A DNA stretch of 64,000 nucleotides from assembly GCA_965248755.1 (NCBI GenBank), contig OZ252149.1:736001-800000 (forward strand), given 5' to 3'. Made by a program: the position numbers and the translations under genes. The stretch comes from Candidatus Latescibacterota bacterium (lineage in GTDB: Bacteria; Latescibacterota; CBDEFO01). Shown in pieces: positions 10,181-20,668 of this stretch (within the stretch, counting starts at the first letter, position 1; each line of letters begins with the position of its first letter). The notes beneath the pieces were generated by a model. It had not been told where the DNA came from, searched no databases, and saw only the letters and a program-made list of their open reading frames with translations.

Positions 10181-10438
10181 TTGCCGCAACATAAGTCTGC
10201 TATCAAAAGGATGAAGACCAGTAGGGCTGCAAGAGCTAAAAACAGGGCGTCGCGCTCGACTCTAAGGACAGCTATTAAGAATGTCCGGACAGCCAATGCC
10301 AAAGAGGACGCCCAGAAGGCTCTCGCCGCCGCGATTCCCATAATCGACAAGATGGCTCAGAAGGGAATTATACACAGGAATACTGCTGCCAGAAATAAGT
10401 CCAGATTGACGAGACAGGTCAACGCTCTGGAGTCTTGA
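10181..10438 (+). CDS. rpsT: 30S ribosomal protein S20
   Basis: PQHKSAIKR...KGIIHRNTAARNKSRL; TTG start behind GGAGG. Confidence 0.97.
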   Translation: MPQHKSAIKRMKTSRAARAKNRASRSTLRTAIKNVRTANAKEDAQKALAAAIPIIDKMAQKGIIHRNTAARNKSRLTRQVNALES

Positions 10439-10643
10439 AAAATAAACCCGGAGAATTCGGCAGGAAAGAGTTCTTTGTCTTTGTGAAGACGGGCTCCCTT
10501 GTTTGTAATAAAAACACGATAGGGCATCGCGCAAACTTTTGCATCGACACCCTACCGTGCGAGGGAGGGATTACATTTATAAGACGCCTGTAGAGAAGAA
10601 TAGGTTCCCATAATTCTTGGGATAAACTTTGAAGGGACAAGAT

Positions 10644-10906
10644 CAGTTCAGTTCTAGCACCCTCTGAGCTCCGCGACGCTCTGTGCGGCTAGAATTCCTG
10701 AGGAGTTCCGCAACGCAAGAATAAGCGATGAACCTCATGCCCTTTTCTATCCACATCTTCAGGCTTTCCACGTTTCTGTTGCGTATTCCCCGCCACCACT
10801 TTGTGCCTTTGACAGCTTACCAAGACCTTCCCGATGTGCTCTATCACTAACGGATAATCTATTTGGCCAAGAACTCCCAAAGAAATAGAAGGGTCGTTCA
10901 GGCCTA
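10644..10906 (-). pseudogene. C-terminal remnant of an HpcH/HpaI aldolase
   Basis: IGLNDPSISLGVLGQIDYP...KVVAG then, after a frameshift, NVESLKMWIEKGMRFIAYS. Confidence 0.65.
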
Positions 10907-11767
10907 TTGCTCCCCCAGTGTAAAGTTTTCAACGGGCGGTATATCGGGTCTCCCCGCTTTTACCCACGCTGTGTACCACAGAGACGCGATTGCCCAGACA
11001 GCCTGATTCAACCTGCTTTCGGCCAATTTCCCTGTCCGTTTCCACAGCGCTTCGTAATACTCGTTATCGTACTTGTCCGATACTTGCTTGGCTCCGTCGT
11101 CCGCTTTGAGGACAGGTTCTACTCCCTTCCACGATTCGGTCAGGATCTGGAACGCAAACTCCACAGGGTCATCCACAAATACAACTTCGTCAGTACTCAG
11201 ATCCAAATCGGCTATATGCCTGTCGATCATCTCCACTTCGAACCTCTTGTGGATGCCCTCATTTCCCGTAAGTTGTCCGTTGTAGTTTTCGGTGGCGTGA
11301 AGAGGCTGGCAGGCATCACAGACGTAGTGCCCTAATACCGAAGCCAGCCACGCTGTATGGAGCCACCAACTGTGCTTCATTGACTCTGAGAGCCTCTCTG
11401 TGTACTCTCCCACAGCCCAGGCGAGGAGTCCCGCCTTGTTCAACTTTTCCCTTCCGAACTTCTTTATAGCCTCGTCCTTGTCTCTGGGAGCGTTTTTGAA
11501 AGGATACTCGTCCAGCATATCCAAATCCATGTAGTGCCGGTTCTTGTCCTCTGTGTATATATATTTTAGGAAATCCAAGTCCGAAGCGTGGTCCCCCAAA
11601 AACTCGGCGTAGCTTTTAAAGGCCGACATCTCATCGGGCAGAGAAAGCACAGCCTTTCTATTTATAAGCCTGTGTGTGTTGTACCCCCAACCGTAAGCTG
11701 TCCCACAAAAGATAAAACATAGCCCTAAAAGAACTGCAAATGATAATGTCCTGGTATATGTGTTCAT
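10904..11767 (-). CDS. Secreted S1/P1 nuclease or zinc phospholipase C family protein
   Basis: Signal peptide then WGYNTH; GHYVCDACQPLH; GIHKRFE. Confidence 0.85.
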   Translation of the reverse strand: MNTYTRTLSFAVLLGLCFIFCGTAYGWGYNTHRLINRKAVLSLPDEMSAFKSYAEFLGDHASDLDFLKYIYTEDKNRHYMDLDMLDEYPFKNAPRDKDEAIKKFGREKLNKAGLLAWAVGEYTERLSESMKHSWWLHTAWLASVLGHYVCDACQPLHATENYNGQLTGNEGIHKRFEVEMIDRHIADLDLSTDEVVFVDDPVEFAFQILTESWKGVEPVLKADDGAKQVSDKYDNEYYEALWKRTGKLAESRLNQAVWAIASLWYTAWVKAGRPDIPPVENFTLGEQ

Positions 11768-11770
11768 TTT

Positions 11771-13069
11771 TTATGTGCGCCCGGAAACTCGTATGCCCTC
11801 TTCTTCGTCAACAGACGCTAAAATCAAACTACCCGTTACAAAAAAGAGGAGAACGACAGACATACCTGCCCTCTGGGAACCGAATATTTCCACGAGGAGG
11901 CCCAAAAGAAACGGTCCCAAAAACGCCGTGGCCTTTCCCGAAAAGGAGAAGAAACCGAAAAACTCAGTCTCCTTATCGAGCGGAACAAAGCGTCCCATAA
12001 GGGAACGGCTGGCCGCCTGGTTGGGACCTACGAAGATGGCCAAGATTATCCCGGCCGCCCAGAATACAATTTTGTTAGGAGCAAATACCGCCATAGCGGA
12101 AGATAAAATGAGAAAAAAAAGACTGATCTGAATGGTCTTCTTCCCTCCGAGAACATCATCCATAAATCCCATAACCAAAGCGCCGATTGCGGAAGCGATG
12201 TTCAAAACAATGCCGAAGATCAGGATATCTTTAGGAGTAAAATCGAAAGTCCCTGCCGCATAGATAGTGCCAAAGACGAAAATCGTGATCAACCCGTCGT
12301 TGTACATCAGGCGGGCGGCAAGAAATTTGACAATCTGCCGATACCGTTTAATTTCATGAAAAGTATCCACTAATTGTTTTATGCTGGAGGAGAAAATCTT
12401 TTCACCTCGTAGTGGTCGCACCACTTTTTTGACGATCCGGGATTTATCCTCTTTGACCCACAGGAAAATCGGAAGACTGAAGACCGTAAACCAGGCCGCC
12501 ACCAGAAGGTTGGCCGCCCTTATGTTCTGGCCGGCTTCCGTAGATAAACCGAACCACAGCACATCTGGCTCCATAAATCCAACCATGGCGATGAACATTA
12601 CCAGCAGACCACCTGCATATCCCAACGACAGACCGTAACCTGAGATGCGTCCTATCACCTCCGGCGGTGCGATGTCAGGCAGAAAAGCATTATAAAAGAC
12701 CGATCCCATTTCGACCGCGATATTCGCCACAACAAACCAAAAGAGCGCTTTTGAAATCTGCCCAGGCAGGGTGGTGTAGAGAATAACCGAACCTGTTACC
12801 GCAACGGCAGTTGTGATCAAAAGGAACAGTTTGCGATAGCCGCCGCGGTCCGCTAACGCGCCCATAAAGGGAGAAAGTAACGCAACTGTTATTCCTGTAA
12901 TGGCAACGCCCCAGGACCATAAAGCCATGCCCTCGATCTCATTGCCTACAATTTCCTTGACGAAATAGACGGAATACATAAAGGTCACCACTACCGTCGT
13001 GAACGAGGAATTTGCAAAATCGTACATGCACCACGAAAAGATGCTTAGCCTATTTGTCCCTTTTTGCAT
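11771..13069 (-). CDS. MFS transporter (UMF1/YxiO/Atg22-like)
   Basis: SWCMYDFANSSF, FYNAFLPDIA, GPNQAASRSLM; about 12 TM segments. Confidence 0.9.
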   Translation of the reverse strand: MQKGTNRLSIFSWCMYDFANSSFTTVVVTFMYSVYFVKEIVGNEIEGMALWSWGVAITGITVALLSPFMGALADRGGYRKLFLLITTAVAVTGSVILYTTLPGQISKALFWFVVANIAVEMGSVFYNAFLPDIAPPEVIGRISGYGLSLGYAGGLLVMFIAMVGFMEPDVLWFGLSTEAGQNIRAANLLVAAWFTVFSLPIFLWVKEDKSRIVKKVVRPLRGEKIFSSSIKQLVDTFHEIKRYRQIVKFLAARLMYNDGLITIFVFGTIYAAGTFDFTPKDILIFGIVLNIASAIGALVMGFMDDVLGGKKTIQISLFFLILSSAMAVFAPNKIVFWAAGIILAIFVGPNQAASRSLMGRFVPLDKETEFFGFFSFSGKATAFLGPFLLGLLVEIFGSQRAGMSVVLLFFVTGSLILASVDEEEGIRVSGRT

Positions 13070-13072
13070 CCC

Positions 13073-14404
13073 TCAATCCTCTTCGACCCAGAACGCGTTT
13101 TCGATGTGCTCTAACCTCTCTTTTTCACCCTTAAGATCTACAGTTATCACATCGAATCTGAGATCCACATCTGGCACGTTATTATTCTGCAAGAAGGCCG
13201 CAGCCACTTTCGCAATCCTCTTTTGCTTTTTCCTATCCACCTTCAGCTCTGGTGCCCCGAAAGCACCTGTCTTATCAGCTTTCACCTCCACAAATGCGAG
13301 AATATCTCCCTTTTTGGCTATTATGTCTATTTCTCCTTCGGCGGATCTATAGTTCCTTTGGACTATGCTGTACCCCTCCTTTTCCAGAAACTCTGCGGCT
13401 ATCATTTCCCCTTGGTTTCCTGTCTTCTTGAAAAAGTCCTGATATTTTCTATACATACCTCTCAACTCGGATAACTGATCTTTTGTAAGCTTCCCCTTTA
13501 CCTTCCCTATAGACGTTCCTATGTCTTCAAGCTCCGAAACACTTCTTGCCCTCTTAATCTTCTCTTTGAAAATAACAAAGTCCCTGGATTCGGGATTTTC
13601 CAAATCCCTTACTACTTGAAAAGAACGCCTGTGGATCTTGCAAGATCCGTATTGCCTGAGAGCATCTATGTGCCTTGCTGTCCCGTAGCCCTTGTGTTGG
13701 GCAAATCCGTATGCGGGGAATTTCCCCTCGTATTCGAGCATCGCTCGATCCCTCGTCACCTTGGCTATAACGGAGGCGGCCGCTATGGACATAGACAGGG
13801 CGTCGCCATCTACAACGGGCGTTTCGGGAAATCCCGTCTTTGGATGTATATTGCCATCTACAAGGATATGATCCGGTTTAACTCCCAGATTCATTACGGC
13901 GATCCTCATGGCCTTTAAAGCCGCCTGCAGTATCGAAGTGCTGTCTATCTCTTCGTTATCTACCGATCCCACACCTGTATATAGCGCAACTTCTTTGATA
14001 GTATCAAATAGCTCATCTCTTTTCGGGGGCGTAAGCTTCTTGGAGTCGTCCAATCCTGCGATGATTGTGTCCTCGGGAAGGATCACGGCCGCCGCTACCA
14101 CTGGTCCGGCAAGGGGTCCCCTTCCCGCTTCATCCACTCCGGCTATCAATTCCACTCCCCTATCCCAGAGTCTTTCCTCCAGACGCCGCATATTCTTCAG
14201 CCGCTCCCTCTCTGCAGTCTGACGCGCTATCATTTTCCGAAAGGATAGACCAAGTCTTCGCACCCCCGCCCTTGGATCCCTCTCTAATGCTTTCATAACT
14301 TGAGGTTTTATCTCATTCCATTCTGAAAGTATTGCCTTGATCCGGGGGATGGTAAGGGATCGAATATCTATACAATCATAAGACGCCATAGCAAATCCTC
14401 GCAC
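13073..14404 (-). CDS. rnhB: Ribonuclease HII fused to a YraN (UPF0102) nuclease-fold domain
   Basis: GVDEAGRGPLAGPV, DSKKL, SIAAASVIAKVTRD, HKGYGT; then GNQGE..A..FL, RNYR...GEIDII, FVEVK, RFDVI. Start may be ATG 14389. Confidence 0.92.
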   Translation of the reverse strand: MRGFAMASYDCIDIRSLTIPRIKAILSEWNEIKPQVMKALERDPRAGVRRLGLSFRKMIARQTAERERLKNMRRLEERLWDRGVELIAGVDEAGRGPLAGPVVAAAVILPEDTIIAGLDDSKKLTPPKRDELFDTIKEVALYTGVGSVDNEEIDSTSILQAALKAMRIAVMNLGVKPDHILVDGNIHPKTGFPETPVVDGDALSMSIAAASVIAKVTRDRAMLEYEGKFPAYGFAQHKGYGTARHIDALRQYGSCKIHRRSFQVVRDLENPESRDFVIFKEKIKRARSVSELEDIGTSIGKVKGKLTKDQLSELRGMYRKYQDFFKKTGNQGEMIAAEFLEKEGYSIVQRNYRSAEGEIDIIAKKGDILAFVEVKADKTGAFGAPELKVDRKKQKRIAKVAAAFLQNNNVPDVDLRFDVITVDLKGEKERLEHIENAFWVEED

Positions 14405-14490
14405 ATAATTTACCGATCCACAGCTTTTAAGTCAAGCATAATCTCCCCTTTTATGAACGCTGGCTTTGGAGGATTTAACAGGGAGTGAAC

Positions 14491-14510
14491 GGTTAACAGG
14501 TCTGTTAACC
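14491..14510. promoter_or_regulatory. Operator-like inverted repeat between divergent rnhB and lon
   Basis: GGTTAACAG-gt-CTGTTAACC, perfect 9-bp arms. Confidence 0.45.
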
Positions 14511-14790
14511 ATCTGTGCTGTTTTGGCAGACATAACTGTCATTGCAACATCAAATATGTAATAATGGCAGTAGTATCGAGGTCTCTGTGATCTCTTTTTC
14601 CCTTATATTACTTTTGGGTAATACGTTAGGATATACATAAGTTATCGAACAAGCGATAACATCTCCAGTTCCTTTGGAACGGAATTTGCTTATTAATACT
14701 GTATTTGGAGATATATCCGTATAGTCTGTGAAGGAGTATATAGCAGACGTTAGGGTCTGCATAATCTATGCTTCAAAAGGGGAAATTGCG

Positions 14791-17190
14791 ATGATAGATG
14801 ACTCCAAAACAAAAGATCAAGATTCAGGGATAGCCGTAAAAGAACCCCTCTCTGGTCCGGTGAAGGAGTTCGGCGTCCTACCGGTACGAGGAATGGTTCT
14901 ATATCCCTCAATAATGTCAACTCTTACAGTAGGTCGCGAACGCTCGGTTAGACTGGTGAACGAAGTCATAGCCAACGACAGGACTATTGTAATAGTAACA
15001 CAGAAGGATCAGGATGTAGCGGAGCCCGCGCCCGATGATCTATACGATGTGGGTGTGATAGCTGAGATCGTGCGGATGCTGAGGATGCCGGACAATAACA
15101 TCCATATCCTTGTAAATAGCAAGGGAAAAGTAAGACTTAAGGAGTTTACGCAGACCGATCCCTATCTGAAAGCCTCCGTAGAGAAACTCTACGATATACC
15201 GGACGATTCTCCAGAAGTTAAAGCATTAGCTCGTAATATATCTTTGCAGTTCCAAAGGATAGTCTCCATCGTCCCGCACCTTCAGGACGAACTCCAAATA
15301 TCGGTGATCAATCTTGAGGACGAGCCTTCAAAGATGGCCGACTTTGTGGCGTTCTGGATGGTTAACATGGACGTTAATGAAAAGCAGGAGATTTTAGGGA
15401 CGTTGAACGTTAAGGAACGTCTCTCCAAGCTCACGATCCTGGTAAGCAGGCAGCTGGAGACGCTGGAAGCCGCATCTGAGATCCAAAGTCATGTGCAGGC
15501 TGAGATGGGCAAGCTGCAAAGGGAGCACTATCTAAGGGAGCAGCTCAAGGCTATACAAAAGGAATTGGGCCAGGGGAACGAGCAGGAGATGGAGATAGAG
15601 GAGCTGAGGCAGAAGATAGAGGCCGCCGGGATGTCCGAGGAGGGCAAGAAGGAAGCCGAAAGGGAGCTGAACAGACTAACAAAGATGTCTCCCGCTGCTG
15701 CGGAGTACACTGTGGCAAGGACGTATCTGGACTGGCTGATCTCCCTGCCCTGGTCAGTTTCTACAGAGGATAATCTGGACATTAAGGGTGTCAAGCGCGT
15801 GCTGGATGAGGATCACTACGGCCTTGAGAAGGTAAAGGAGCGGATATTAGAATATCTGTCCGTTCGAAAGCTAAAGCCAGATACCAAGGGTCCCATCCTC
15901 TGCTTTGTCGGACCTCCGGGCGTAGGAAAAACTTCCCTGGGAAGGTCCATAGCCAGAGCGTTAGGGAGAAAGTTCATCAGGATCTCGTTGGGGGGCGTAA
16001 GGGACGAGGCGGAGATCAGAGGTCACAGGAGAACCTATATAGGGTCCCTGCCCGGAAGGATCATACAGAGCATAAGGAAGGCCGAATCCAATAACCCGAT
16101 CTTCATGTTAGACGAAATAGACAAAATGGGTGCAGATTTCAGAGGTGACCCCTCGGCGGCGCTCTTAGAGGTTTTGGACCCTGAGCAGAACTTTTCGTTC
16201 TCCGACCACTACCTGGACGTTCCCTTCGACCTTTCCAAGGTTATGTTCATAACCACTGCCAACCTCCTTGCGCCGATTCCTCCGGCATTGAAAGACAGGA
16301 TGGAAGTTATAGAGCTGCATGGATATACAGCACAGGAAAAGGTCCGTATAACGCTGCATCACCTGATACCGCGGCAATTGAACGAACACGGCATTAACAA
16401 GGAGGATCTCAAGCTGAGCAAGCAGGCTATCTTAACGATGATAGGGAACTACACGCGCGAGGCTGGATTGAGGAACATCGAAAGGGAGATCGGGGCTATA
16501 TACAGAAAAATTGCAAAAAGGAAAGCCGAGGGAGAAAAGGGCCCATTTAAGGTGGGAAAGAACGACCTCCACAAATACCTGGGTCCTGTCAGATTCTTTT
16601 CGGATGTAGCCGAAAGGGTCAGCGACCCTGGGGTCGCCACCGGATTGGCATGGACTGAGTCAGGAGGGGATATTCTGTTTGTTGAGGCTACGAAGATGAA
16701 GGGGAACAAGGTCTTGACCCTCACAGGCCAACTCGGAGACGTAATGAAGGAATCGGCCGAGGCGGCTTTAAGCTACGTGAGATCGAAAGCGGTGGATCTG
16801 GGCATAAACGAGGATTTCTTCGAAAAGAACGATATTCACATCCACGTGCCAGCAGGAGCTATCCCCAAAGATGGACCCTCTGCCGGAGTTACCATAGTGA
16901 CGGCTTTAGTTTCCCTTATGAGGGGTCATCCTGTAAGATGGGACGTGGCCATGACCGGAGAGATCACGCTGAGGGGAAAGGTCCTACCGATAGGGGGAGT
17001 CAAGGAGAAGGTGCTTGCGGCTCAAAGGGCGGGCATAACGACCGTCGTACTCCCCAAGAAGAACGAAAAAGACCTGGAGGATGTGCCCCAGAATATCAAA
17101 GGCAAGATGACGTTCATACTTGCCGAAAGTATAGATGATGTCCTTAAGGCCGCATTCAAGATCCAGATATTCGAAAAAGAGGTAGCGTAA
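14791..17190 (+). CDS. lon: ATP-dependent protease La (Lon)
   Basis: GPPGVGKTS, DEAEIRGHRRTYIG, PKDGPSAG, IGGVKEK; start chosen at ATG 14791. Confidence 0.97.
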   Translation: MIDDSKTKDQDSGIAVKEPLSGPVKEFGVLPVRGMVLYPSIMSTLTVGRERSVRLVNEVIANDRTIVIVTQKDQDVAEPAPDDLYDVGVIAEIVRMLRMPDNNIHILVNSKGKVRLKEFTQTDPYLKASVEKLYDIPDDSPEVKALARNISLQFQRIVSIVPHLQDELQISVINLEDEPSKMADFVAFWMVNMDVNEKQEILGTLNVKERLSKLTILVSRQLETLEAASEIQSHVQAEMGKLQREHYLREQLKAIQKELGQGNEQEMEIEELRQKIEAAGMSEEGKKEAERELNRLTKMSPAAAEYTVARTYLDWLISLPWSVSTEDNLDIKGVKRVLDEDHYGLEKVKERILEYLSVRKLKPDTKGPILCFVGPPGVGKTSLGRSIARALGRKFIRISLGGVRDEAEIRGHRRTYIGSLPGRIIQSIRKAESNNPIFMLDEIDKMGADFRGDPSAALLEVLDPEQNFSFSDHYLDVPFDLSKVMFITTANLLAPIPPALKDRMEVIELHGYTAQEKVRITLHHLIPRQLNEHGINKEDLKLSKQAILTMIGNYTREAGLRNIEREIGAIYRKIAKRKAEGEKGPFKVGKNDLHKYLGPVRFFSDVAERVSDPGVATGLAWTESGGDILFVEATKMKGNKVLTLTGQLGDVMKESAEAALSYVRSKAVDLGINEDFFEKNDIHIHVPAGAIPKDGPSAGVTIVTALVSLMRGHPVRWDVAMTGEITLRGKVLPIGGVKEKVLAAQRAGITTVVLPKKNEKDLEDVPQNIKGKMTFILAESIDDVLKAAFKIQIFEKEVA

Positions 17191-17222
17191 ACAAGTAGAC
17201 AGGGTACTGCCTCCCTTACCTT

Positions 17223-17376
17223 GAGATTGGTTCCGCTTCTCGCATCTCCTGACAGGGTCTGGGCAAGTGCCCCTCGCGATGACAATAAGCAAAAGCCAAG
17301 TAATATCATTGCGGGTCCCTTGCGACCGTCATTCCGATCCCCGATTGAATCTATCGGGGATAGCGAAGCAATCTCA
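17223..17376. repeat. Inverted pair of REP-like elements (GTCATYGCGAG...GAAGCAATCTC family) with a nested 21-nt palindrome
   Basis: Related copies at about 21602-21747 and 27005-27033; CCCCGATTGAATCTATCGGGG at 17339-17359. Confidence 0.7.
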
Positions 17377-17704
17377 CCTGTACTGACTTAATATTTCCGA
17401 CAAATTTTGTCAAGATACTTAGTTTATTTTACACACGTTATCTCAGGTGGAAGATCCTCCAGGCAAATACTTCCCTCCTTACCCATCACAATGACCTGCT
17501 TGATGACGTTCTCCAACTCCCGGATTTACCCGGCCAGGAGTAGGACAAAAATGCCTGCATCACCTCTGACGATACCCCCTTAACCCTTCCACCTAACTCC
17601 TGATTGTATTTCTCAATAAAGTAATCGACAAGGAAAAAGGGAAGGTCCTCGATATGCTCGCGTAGCGGCGGCAGGACGATAGGAACGACGTTAAGGCATA
17701 AGAA

Positions 17705-19330
17705 CCGACATTCCCCATATCACATTCATGAGGGATTATATTTCGATACATTCTTGTTTCTGAATTAATATTACCACTTTTACATTTTTCAACAAGTACT
17801 TTTTTCAATTAAAATAGTATTTTCCTCTGAATTATCACTTTCTTTGTGTTTAAATCCTCCAATTAGAGACACCTCTCCATCGACTCACAAAAAAATGTGG
17901 CAGTTTAAACAGAATAACATCGCAATCGTTCAATCCGGGATAATATTTCGGCAAATAACCTCTTGTCTATCCCAACCTCAGCCATTTGAAACGTAATATA
18001 TCCGCTGTGTCTGACAATCTTCGCTCCGATTTTGATAAATTTCACGAGGAGGCTGCGTAGTGACCAGTGTTTGATTTTCTTCGGAAGAACAAAACGTCGC
18101 AGGAAGTTGCCCAAGTTGTAAGCCAGAACAAACAGCCAGAGCCTCACCTGATTGGAGACGAAACGCTTGCATGAGAGTCGGGTCCAGTTCAGAGCATACT
18201 TGCCCTCCTTAATCCACTGCTCAGCTCTGCCACGGCCATTGTAGAAGTGTACCACGCCTTCTGGCTTGGCGCTCATGTTGGTCACGATAAATCCCACTCT
18301 TGGGAATAACTCCCCTTGGTGCCATTCAACCTTGGCGACCACTCGCCTCGATTGATCCCAACTGGCCGCTTTATATTGAAATTCATATAACGATACAATC
18401 GGTTTCCTCGGCGGTCGTCCAACTGGCCGAGTCAGCAGGTATCGTATCTTTTCATAGAGTATCTCATTTGCGGGAAGCCGAATGGCATACAAATAGCCGT
18501 TTCCCTCCAGATAATCATAAATCTCAGGCTTTGCGAATGCAGCATCGCCTCGAAAGTATTTCCTATTCTTCTTGCTCTCGTATCTCTTGACGATCGGTTC
18601 CAGAACTTCCTTCCAACGATCAGCACTGTGAACATTACCAGAGCGAAGTAGGACTCCTTCACAATCCCCGAACTGATTGAAGCAGAACACTGGATGAAAA
18701 CAGGTACATCCGAAATGACCGTTGTAAGCTGATCCTTCCTGCTGGCCATGTACCGGACTCTCCGAACTGTCCATGTCCAGAATGATTCGTTGATGCTGTG
18801 TTTTACTCATCGCTTTTTGAACCCACTTGCCATTGATATCTGACAAGTTTCTGAGATTGTCATGCTGAGTCAGTATATCAGTTTCAAAACGTCCTATCGT
18901 GTTGGAGCTGGCAGCTTGCCTGCCTTTGTCCTTCTTTCCGGTAATCGCTCGCATGACGGGATCAACGGATAATCGCTCGGCGTCATTTACATCTTCATAT
19001 CCTGCAAGACGGCTGTATATCGATTGACGCAGGAGAGTAGATATATCATGTTGGATATTACGGCCTGTGCGTTTATCGGTAAAAACCGCTGATACCGAAT
19101 CAAATAATCCCAGTGCGTAATCAAGGTCACGATACGCAAGAAGTCCACCGTTTGATGTCACCTTTGCACCATGAAATTCAAGCTTTATTCCTCCATCAAA
19201 ACCTACTTTGATTCTTTCACCCTCTGGATGATCAATATTTATCCGCCATTTATGAGTCTTATTTATTGTAATATAACATGTTCTGGCGACTTTGACAACC
19301 ATTTTTCGGGTCTAATATGGCGAATGGGGG
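17705..19330 (-). mobile_element. IS1380-family insertion sequence, 1626 bp
   Basis: 16-bp TIRs CCGACATTCCCCATAT / ATATGGCGAATGGGGG (13/16 match); 5-bp TSD AAGAA at 17700-17704 and 19331-19335. Confidence 0.93.
17905..19302 (-). CDS. IS1380-family DDE transposase
   Basis: GYEDVNDAERL, LDMDSSESPVHG, FRGDAAF, YNGRGRAEQWIKEGK. Confidence 0.95.
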   Translation of the reverse strand: MVVKVARTCYITINKTHKWRINIDHPEGERIKVGFDGGIKLEFHGAKVTSNGGLLAYRDLDYALGLFDSVSAVFTDKRTGRNIQHDISTLLRQSIYSRLAGYEDVNDAERLSVDPVMRAITGKKDKGRQAASSNTIGRFETDILTQHDNLRNLSDINGKWVQKAMSKTQHQRIILDMDSSESPVHGQQEGSAYNGHFGCTCFHPVFCFNQFGDCEGVLLRSGNVHSADRWKEVLEPIVKRYESKKNRKYFRGDAAFAKPEIYDYLEGNGYLYAIRLPANEILYEKIRYLLTRPVGRPPRKPIVSLYEFQYKAASWDQSRRVVAKVEWHQGELFPRVGFIVTNMSAKPEGVVHFYNGRGRAEQWIKEGKYALNWTRLSCKRFVSNQVRLWLFVLAYNLGNFLRRFVLPKKIKHWSLRSLLVKFIKIGAKIVRHSGYITFQMAEVGIDKRLFAEILSRIERLRCYSV

Positions 19331-20668
19331 AAGAAGAGATCCTCTCTGAACGTCCCTTCTTTCACAGCCAGTTTGAGATCCCGGGTTGTCGCAGCGATCA
19401 AGCGCACGTCAACCCGGCGAACCTGGGTCTCCCCGACTCGACGGATCTCCCCCTTCTGCAACACATGCAGCAGCCGGGTCTGAAGTTCCAGCGGTGCATT
19501 GCCGATCTCGTCTAAGAATATCGTCCCACCATCCGCCACTTCAAAGAGACCCTTCTTGTAGCCGAACAGTTCACTCTCCCAGAGCCCCTTCGGCATCACC
19601 CTACAATCCGCAGTCAAAAAGGGCTTATCCCGCCGGGGGCTCCGATCATGGATCACCCGGGCGACCAGCCCCCTCCCTGTCCCACTCTCCCCCAACAGCA
19701 GAACAGTTACTTCTCGCTGGACAGCGCGTTCGATCTGCAGGGCAACCCCCCGCATTGCCTGGCTCTGCCCGATTGTATGCTCCAGCTCTAATCGTATCTG
19801 AAGCCGTCGATTTTCCGCTATAAGCTCCTCGTGGAGTCCCGCGTTATCGATACCGATGGCTGCCAAGTCTGCAAAGATTGTGAATACCTTCAAATCCTCA
19901 TCGTCGAAGAACTGTCCACCTCGCTTGTTGAGTACCTCCAGGACGCCGAAGATCTTCCCCTTGACCTGCAGCGGCACAGCCAGGACCGAATGGGTCTTGA
20001 ACCCCGTCATCTGGTCAATACTCTCCAAGAAGTGCTTGTCTTGCCGGACGTCTGTGACGATCCTAGGCTCCCCTGTCTCGGCAACCAATCCTGCGATTCC
20101 CTCACCCTTTTGGAACCTCTTATCCTGCACCTCTTGCCCCTTCAGTCCTGTGGCTATCTTAATGACCAACTCGTCCGATATCTTATCCAGAAGGATAACA
20201 GACCCAGCCTCCGCGTCCATCGCCTTAGTTGCCCACTCCAGGGTCAACGGCAGAACTTCCTCTAAAGCGAGTGAGGAGGTGATCAGCTGGGCTACCTCCA
20301 TTAGCATAGCCTTCCGGTGGTCAATCCCAACTTCTCCAGCAGGCGATAGCTTCCCGACCGACCTCCTATCAGCTTTTAACTGTTCCTTTGATTCGGTCAA
20401 ACAGCAATCCCCTTATTGAAGGCTCATCCTGTTGCCATACCACCAACAGGCTCTTTACTCGGATCAGGAAACACCTCAAACAGCTACTGACCACCAATAT
20501 ACGACAATTCTAACTCTTTTCCAACCTTTTTTGATCATATATATATACTTAACAACTATTTAGTATTTATCAACTATTCTACAATAGTGTCATATGTGAT
20601 GAAGATGAGAGGAATAAGGTTGTTCAGGTTAGAGATCTTTGGTGGAAAAGGTGGTATGTTTCCAAAGT

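Larger units (their letters stand above)
17430..20400 (-). pseudogene. GAF-domain sigma54-dependent activator interrupted by IS1380
   Basis: 5' part 19336-20400 (GAF, GESGTG, FLDEIG, FREDLF); 3' part below 17700 (LNVVPIVLPPLRE...SWPG/IRELEN, frameshifted); GAFTGA loop absent. Confidence 0.88.

Noticed and set aside
12402..12430. Repeat-derived insert in the MFS central loop (GTGGTGCGACCAC)
   Set aside because: Short palindrome with no second copy recognised in the window, in a naturally variable loop
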